A stretch of 29,719 nucleotides of DNA from a virus. Its lineage: Duplodnaviria; Caudoviricetes. Both the position numbers and the translations under genes were made by a program. Of this stretch, positions 24,723 to 29,719 are shown piece after piece. The stretch spans positions 1 through 29,719 of IMG/VR virus record IMGVR_UViG_3300044580_000546, one strand, 5' to 3'. The notes below the pieces were generated by a model. That model ran no database searches. It saw only the letters and a list, made by a program, of their open reading frames with translations, and had not been told where the DNA came from. Numbering within the stretch: position 1 is the stretch's first letter; each line of letters opens with the position of its first letter.

Positions 24723-25103
24723 GTGAAAAAAAGTTTCGGCGACAGATTGAAAGAGCGGCGAGGAACACGGTCTCAAGGGGAAATGGCCAGTATCTTCGGC
24801 GTTTCCCAGTCAGCCTACAGCGCATGGGAACGAGGCGTAAAAGAGCCTTCAATTATTACCATATGTTCTATTTGCAACCACTTTGGCATTTCCGCCGATT
24901 GGCTGCTCGGCCTGTCGGACGCGGCGTCCGCGTCCGTCCCCGCCGCGCGGGCGGAACCGGCGGGGGAGTCCGAAGCCTACTGGCGCGATCTCGTCGCCAG
25001 CCAGCAGGCCGTGATCCGCGACCTCGCCGCCGCGCTGGCGGCGGGGCGAGCGGGGCCTGCCGTTGCCCCCGCTGGTGGGCGCGCTGCCACGAAAACTGCG
25101 TGA
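24723..25103 (+). CDS. XRE-family HTH repressor (CI-like, no S24 peptidase domain)
   Basis: FGDRLKERR...SQGEMASIFGVSQSAYSAWERGVKEPS...FGISADWLLG; divergent from the early operon. Confidence 0.88.
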   Translation: MKKSFGDRLKERRGTRSQGEMASIFGVSQSAYSAWERGVKEPSIITICSICNHFGISADWLLGLSDAASASVPAARAEPAGESEAYWRDLVASQQAVIRDLAAALAAGRAGPAVAPAGGRAATKTA

Positions 25104-25123
25104 GGGGATAGAGGAGGTGCCCG

Positions 25124-26824
25124 GTGTCGGCTATGGAGATCCTGTCTTCGCATGGGCCTTGCCTTGTCGCTTTGGCGGTCGCAGTCATCGCGCTCGGCAC
25201 GGTGGCGGCCGCGTTTTGCGTTGTCAGAGTGAAGGCCAAGACTGACATAAAAGCGAGGGCCTCCGTGCTGTCGGAGTGCTTTGCGAAAATCTCCGGTTCC
25301 GAAGTGTTGCGCGGCCGGATGGAAGCCGACCTGTCAAACGCCCGCGCTGAAATCACGGGATTGTCATCCGGACTTTCCGCCGCCGAAGCCTCTTTGCGCC
25401 GCGAGACCGAGGCGTTGCGAAAATGCGGGGCCGACCTTGAGAACCTCCGCGCCGAATCCAGCGAAGCCGTCGCGAAAGCGGAACGCCTGACCGCCGAATG
25501 CTGCGCCCTCCGCCTTCGGGAAGACACCGTGATCCAATGGCGGACACGCGGGATCATCATGACCCCGGAATTCAAAACCGCGCTGGAGGCCGTCCTCGAT
25601 CCCGTTGACCGGAGCCCTGTTTTCATTTCCGGCCCCGCCGGCACCGGGAAAAGCGTGCTGATCGGGTTGATCCAGTCGAACCTTCCCGCTGGTTGCGCCG
25701 TCGCCGCCCCGTTCGGCTTGGCGGCCAATAACGTCGGCGGGCAAACCGTCCACTCCCTCCTTCAGTTCCCGCCGGCCTACCGGCCCCGTTCCCGGCTTCT
25801 TTCTTCCGACCCAGGCGTCAGACTTTTGAAGGCCATGAAAATCCTTGTCATCGACGAGGCGTCCACCCTTTCCGCCCATCTCGCGGACGCGATAGATGAC
25901 ACTCTCCGGGAAGGTCGCGGGGAGGACGCTCCTTTCGGCGGCTGCAAGCTCGTTTTTGTCGGCGACCTCGCCCAACTTCCCCCTGTGTACGACGATGACG
26001 ACCACCCGGAAAATCAAGCCGCCTACGGCCAGCCCGATCCGTTCTTTTTTGCGGCTCACGCTTTCAATGCGCACCCCCCGCTCCGATTCCGCCTCAGCCA
26101 TGTCTTCCGCCAGTCCGACATCGCCTTTGCCGACACTCTCAACCGTATCCGCACGGGAGACCACACCGAAGCCGACATCGCGTATCTCAACCTGCGGCAC
26201 AAACACGCAGACCTCGGGAAGCCCCTGACGCAACGCACGACCGTCTATCCGAGAAACACGAATGTTGACGCGCTCAACAACACCTGTCTTGACGGCATCC
26301 AAACCCCGCTTCACACCTTCACGGCGGAAACGTCAGGGCGCGTCACGCCCGCCCAGCTTGAGAACGGGAGATATCCGCGAGTGCTCAATGTCAAGAAAGG
26401 TGCCCGCGTCATGATCCTCGACAATGCCGGGCAATCCTACAGCAACGGGACCATCGGCACCGTTGCCGGCATAAACCCTGCGTCTAAAACCATCCAAGTG
26501 GTGACGCGGAACGGAGAGTTTTCAATCACCCCGAGCGAGCAGAAAATCCTGGCGGCATCTTGCGTCGGCGGCGAAGTCGTCACGGAGCAAAAGGGGAGCA
26601 TCATTCAGTTTCCTTTAAAGCTCGCCTGGGCGGTCACCGTTCACAAAGCGCAGGGGCAGACTTTTGAAGAAGCCTACATAGACCCCGCCGGGATGTTTGC
26701 CGGCGGGCAGGCGTATGTTGCTTTGAGCAGGGTGAAAGAACCCGGAGGCCTTCATCTTCTCTCGCCGTTGATGAGTCATCACATCTTAACCAACCAGACG
26801 CTGAAACGTGATGGATGGTTGTAA
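25124..26824 (+). CDS. Pif1/RecD-like SF1B helicase with N-terminal TM and coiled coil
   Basis: GPAGTGKS, GGQTVHS, VIDEAS, FGG..VGDLAQLPPV, VFRQ, QFPLKLAWAVTVHKAQGQT, GQAYVALSR; TM LVALAVAVIALGTVAAAFCVV. Confidence 0.9.
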   Translation: MSAMEILSSHGPCLVALAVAVIALGTVAAAFCVVRVKAKTDIKARASVLSECFAKISGSEVLRGRMEADLSNARAEITGLSSGLSAAEASLRRETEALRKCGADLENLRAESSEAVAKAERLTAECCALRLREDTVIQWRTRGIIMTPEFKTALEAVLDPVDRSPVFISGPAGTGKSVLIGLIQSNLPAGCAVAAPFGLAANNVGGQTVHSLLQFPPAYRPRSRLLSSDPGVRLLKAMKILVIDEASTLSAHLADAIDDTLREGRGEDAPFGGCKLVFVGDLAQLPPVYDDDDHPENQAAYGQPDPFFFAAHAFNAHPPLRFRLSHVFRQSDIAFADTLNRIRTGDHTEADIAYLNLRHKHADLGKPLTQRTTVYPRNTNVDALNNTCLDGIQTPLHTFTAETSGRVTPAQLENGRYPRVLNVKKGARVMILDNAGQSYSNGTIGTVAGINPASKTIQVVTRNGEFSITPSEQKILAASCVGGEVVTEQKGSIIQFPLKLAWAVTVHKAQGQTFEEAYIDPAGMFAGGQAYVALSRVKEPGGLHLLSPLMSHHILTNQTLKRDGWL

Positions 26825-26835
26825 TCGCACCCAGG

Positions 26836-27255
26836 AAGGAACCCCCGAATGAACACACCCGCACCCGACAAAGCCCCCGCCGCAACCGCCCTCGCCCTCG
26901 CCGCGCTGCTGTGCGCGTCCGGCTGCGTCACGCGCCTGGCCGACCTCACCGTCTGCTCCACCAAGAACATGGACATCAAGCGCACCCTCCACCGCGTCGA
27001 CGAGACCGTCCGCACCGACGGCAGGGACAGGCGCCACATCATCATCCTCTTCCCCACCGGCATCCCGAACATGAAGGAGGCCTGCGACAGGGCCATCGAG
27101 AAATGCCCCGGCGCGGTCGGCCTCTCCAACGCCACCCTCGAGTACGCCTGGTGGTACATCCCGTACATCTACGGCCAGTTCTGGTACACCGTCGAGGGCA
27201 ACCCCGTCTTCGAGGCCGCCCCCCAGCCCTGAAAGGAACCCCCGAATGAACACAC
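26836..27255 (+). repeat. 23-bp direct repeat (26836-26858, 27233-27255) covering RBS and start codon
   Basis: AAGGAACCCCCGAATGAACACAC in front of two consecutive genes. Confidence 0.9.
26849..27232 (+). CDS. Small lipoprotein (TRL/Bor-like)
   Basis: ALALAALLCASGC lipobox followed by VTRLADLTVCSTKN; hydrophobic IIILFPTG and WWYIPYIYG loops. Confidence 0.75.
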   Translation: MNTPAPDKAPAATALALAALLCASGCVTRLADLTVCSTKNMDIKRTLHRVDETVRTDGRDRRHIIILFPTGIPNMKEACDRAIEKCPGAVGLSNATLEYAWWYIPYIYGQFWYTVEGNPVFEAAPQP

Positions 27256-27884
27256 ACACGGAAAAGACCCGCACCCCCGCGGCCTCCCCGGCACCCGCCG
27301 CGCCCCGCTCGCTCCTCGCGTCCCTGCGGGCCTCCGGCGCGGGGAAGCAAGAACTCACGCCGTGGATGCCGCCGCTCGCGCTCCTCGCGGCCGCCGCGCA
27401 CAACGTCTCCCTCGGCCGGGCCGGGTTCCCCGAGCGCATCCGCGACTACGCCGCCGACCCCGCGTCCGGCGTCCCCCGCGAGCATCTGCTGCTCTCCGGC
27501 CTCGCCGGCATCATCTCCGCCCGCGTCTTCGCCAGGCTCTACGGCGGCGGCCCGGACGCGCCCGCCGGCGACGGCGCGGAGATCACCGACGCCCGCGACA
27601 TCGACCCCTACGTCGACACCCTCGCCCCCCACGCCGAGACCCTCTTCGTGGCCGACCCGCCCACCCGCGCGCTGGCCGCCTCGCGGGTGGTCGCCTACGC
27701 CATGATCGAGGCGCTCGTGCGCAACCTGCTCGACTACGAAGACCTCGAGCACCGGTACAGCCGCGGGCTGATCGACGGCGAACAGTACCGCTCCTCCCTG
27801 GAGGCGTTCCGGCCGCCTCCCCCGCGCCGCCGCCCAGAAGCAGCCGTGAGCGCCCCGCGAACCCCCTCCCGCTCCGTCCGTTGA
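27246..27884 (+). CDS. Hypothetical protein
   Basis: 212 aa, same RBS/start as the lipoprotein gene, GC3-biased codons. Confidence 0.7.
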   Translation: MNTHTEKTRTPAASPAPAAPRSLLASLRASGAGKQELTPWMPPLALLAAAAHNVSLGRAGFPERIRDYAADPASGVPREHLLLSGLAGIISARVFARLYGGGPDAPAGDGAEITDARDIDPYVDTLAPHAETLFVADPPTRALAASRVVAYAMIEALVRNLLDYEDLEHRYSRGLIDGEQYRSSLEAFRPPPPRRRPEAAVSAPRTPSRSVR

Positions 27885-27898
27885 CACACGGTACGGAC

Positions 27899-27928
27899 TT
27901 GACTCCCCGCCCCCGCCCGTGCCACAAT
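27899..27928 (+). promoter_or_regulatory. Rightward promoter for small ORF-DUF2335-integrase
   Basis: TTGACT - 18 bp - CACAAT with TGn extended -10. Confidence 0.55.
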
Positions 27929-27966
27929 ACGCGCCGTCGAACCAAAACGGGCGGAAAGGAGCGACG

Positions 27967-28158
27967 ATGGGAAAAGAACTGAAACGCATGGCCGGGGCGT
28001 TCCTCGAGGGCGTGTCCTCGTTCGCCTCGTTCCCCACGGCCCCCGCGCCGCGCAGGCCCCCGCGCAGGCCCCCGCGCGGCGTCGGGCGGCACTTCGCCGC
28101 CGTCGGCGCGCGCATGAGGCTCGCCGCCGAGCGGCTGGAGGCCGCCGGCCGTGGGTAA
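27967..28158 (+). CDS. Small protein partnering DUF2335 gene
   Basis: AAAGGAG RBS; MGKELKRMAGAFLEGVSSF...FAAVGARMRLA; overlaps the next gene. Confidence 0.6.
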   Translation: MGKELKRMAGAFLEGVSSFASFPTAPAPRRPPRRPPRGVGRHFAAVGARMRLAAERLEAAGRG

Positions 28159-28522
28159 GCCGGGGCCTGGCCAGCAGGCCATCCACGCCAAGAGCGGCGA
28201 GAACTCACTGTCGATCTACCAGAGCGCCATCCCCTCGCCGGAGATCGCCGCCGGATGGGAGCAGGCCTGTCCCGGCGCGGCCGACCGCATCCTCGCCATG
28301 GTCGAGAAGGAGCTGGACAACGACCGCCGGATCGGGCGCTCCGAATGCCGCCGCCAGACGGCGGCCCATCTCACCGGCATGTTTTTCGGCTTCGTCCTCT
28401 GCCTCGCCGCGATGGGCGGCGGGGTCTACCTGATCGCGGCCGGCAAGAACGCGCAGGGGCTGGTCGCCCTGGTCTCGGCCCTCGTCATGGTGGCCGCGTC
28501 CCTCGCGAAGGGCGGCAGGTAG
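28151..28522 (+). CDS. DUF2335-family membrane protein
   Basis: IPSPEIAAGWEQACPGAADRILAMVEKE followed by two TM helices. Confidence 0.8.
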   Translation: MGKPGPGQQAIHAKSGENSLSIYQSAIPSPEIAAGWEQACPGAADRILAMVEKELDNDRRIGRSECRRQTAAHLTGMFFGFVLCLAAMGGGVYLIAAGKNAQGLVALVSALVMVAASLAKGGR

Positions 28523-28546
28523 CCGCCGCCCGGGAGGCCCCCGCCC

Positions 28547-29719
28547 GTGACCTCCAGACCCGCCAAGAAGCCCCGCCGCCGCGCCCCCTCCGTCCGCTAC
28601 GGCCCGGGCCGCTACCGCCCCGCCCCGAACGGCCGCGGCTTCGACGCCTGCATCTGCCGGCGCTACCGCCAGATCCGCGCCCGCCTGCCGGACGAGGACT
28701 CCGCCCGCGCCTGGATCGACGCGCAGGAGACGGCCCTCAGGCTCTCCCGCCCGCCCCTCACCCGCGCGCAGATGCTCGACGCGCAGGACGCCCTCGCCGC
28801 CCTGCCGCCCGGCGCGACCCTGCTCCGGGCGGCCCGCGCCCTGGCCGCCGCCTCCTCCCTCCCCGCCGTGCCCCTGCCCAACGCCGCCGCCCGCTTCCTG
28901 GAGGGCCGCCGCCACGGCGCCGTGCCCCTGACCGTGCGCGGCTACCGCCTCGCCCTCCGCGCCCTGGAGGCCGCCTGCGGCCCGGCCCCGGTCTCCGCCG
29001 TCATCCCCGCCCACGTCGAGCGGGCCCTCGGCGGCCGGCGCGGCGTCACCCGCAACAACCTCCTGCGCCACCTGGCGACCTTCTTCCGCTGGGCCGTCCG
29101 CGAAGGCATCGCCGCCGGCAACCCGGCCCTCGCCGTGCCCCGCGCCCGCGCCCCCGAGCCGCCGCGCGGCATCCTCCCCGTGCCCCAGGCCGCGGCCCTC
29201 ATGCGCCTGGCCGAGGAGAAACGCCCCGCGCTCGTCCCGTACCTGGCGCTCGGGCTCTTCGCCGGGATCCGCCCCGCCGAGCTGGCCCGGCTCGACCCCG
29301 CCCGCATCGGCCGCGAGTGGATCGTGATCGACGGGGCCGTGGCCAAGACCGCCGACCACCGCACCGTCCCCGTCCGGCCCAACCTGCGCGCGTGGCTCGA
29401 CGCCTACCCGCCCGCCAGGCCGATCCCGCCCCTCTCCCAGAAGCACCTCTACGGGGCCGTCCGCGCCCTGCGCCTGGCCTCCCTCAAACTCCCCGACGGG
29501 GCGTCCCATATCCCCTCCTGGCCCTCCGACTGCATGCGGCACAGCTACGCCAGCTACGCCTACGACCTCACGCGCGACGCCGCGCTGGTGGCCAGCGAGA
29601 TGGGCCACCGCGGCACGGACATCTTCTTCCGGCACTACCGGGGCCTGGTGGCTCCCGGCGACGGGGAGAAATTCTTCGCCATCGTTCCGGATTCTTCAAC
29701 GAAGGTCATAACACGTTGA
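28547..29719 (+). CDS. int: Tyrosine recombinase / integrase
   Basis: GLFAGIRPAEL (R), AKT (K), MRHSYASY (R), EMGH (H), RHYR (Y). Confidence 0.93.
   Translation: MTSRPAKKPRRRAPSVRYGPGRYRPAPNGRGFDACICRRYRQIRARLPDEDSARAWIDAQETALRLSRPPLTRAQMLDAQDALAALPPGATLLRAARALAAASSLPAVPLPNAAARFLEGRRHGAVPLTVRGYRLALRALEAACGPAPVSAVIPAHVERALGGRRGVTRNNLLRHLATFFRWAVREGIAAGNPALAVPRARAPEPPRGILPVPQAAALMRLAEEKRPALVPYLALGLFAGIRPAELARLDPARIGREWIVIDGAVAKTADHRTVPVRPNLRAWLDAYPPARPIPPLSQKHLYGAVRALRLASLKLPDGASHIPSWPSDCMRHSYASYAYDLTRDAALVASEMGHRGTDIFFRHYRGLVAPGDGEKFFAIVPDSSTKVITR

Larger units (their letters stand above)
1..29719. mobile_element. Temperate podovirus-like phage/prophage (partial; att sites not visible)
   Basis: Integrase, repressor, divergent early operon, terminases, portal, scaffold, capsid and tail tube genes in phage order, many with ATGA/GTGA overlaps. 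Confidence 0.95.

Noticed and set aside
28038-28077. GGCCCCCGCGC tandem copies
   Set aside because: Short coding slippage repeat (RRPP) in a linker.
28205-29635. 476-aa minus-strand ORF
   Set aside because: Antisense shadow of the integrase and DUF2335 genes.
29640-29719. att site or tRNA target next to the integrase
   Set aside because: The window ends at the integrase stop, so no att core or tRNA can be seen.

Overview
A very GC-rich ~30 kb section of a temperate podovirus-like phage or prophage with a BPP-1/epsilon15-type head and tail module. The right end is a tyrosine integrase and the left end cuts through a tail tubular protein B gene. The minus strand (24602 down to 1) carries the lytic genes. 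The early/replication block has a ParA-like fragment, DHH phosphoesterase, excisionase-like HTH, ParB-domain protein, TOPRIM/P-loop replication protein, adenine methylase and MazG-like protein. It is followed by terminases, portal, scaffold, major capsid, cement, two fibre-like genes, a lysis-like cassette and tail tube genes. The plus strand (24723-29719) carries an XRE repressor, lysogenic cargo (membrane-anchored Pif1 helicase, lipoprotein, unknown ORF, small ORF + DUF2335) and the integrase. Integrase style and TN-rich exported proteins suggest a Verrucomicrobia/Kiritimatiellae-type host (inference only). Most notable are four things: (i) a 22/25 bp inverted repeat just downstream of two outward-facing promoters that bracket the repressor-cargo block, a possible promoter-swapping switch or shared regulator site, with the same core repeated in the late control region; (ii) a lysis-like cassette with no visible endolysin but a CxxC glutaredoxin-like lipoprotein; (iii) a fibre-like protein with a signal peptide/lipobox and a swapped-in Asp-box domain; (iv) the membrane-anchored Pif1 cargo operon. 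All family calls come from motif recognition by eye; no database search was run. Most long GC-rich ORFs in the supplied track are shadow frames.
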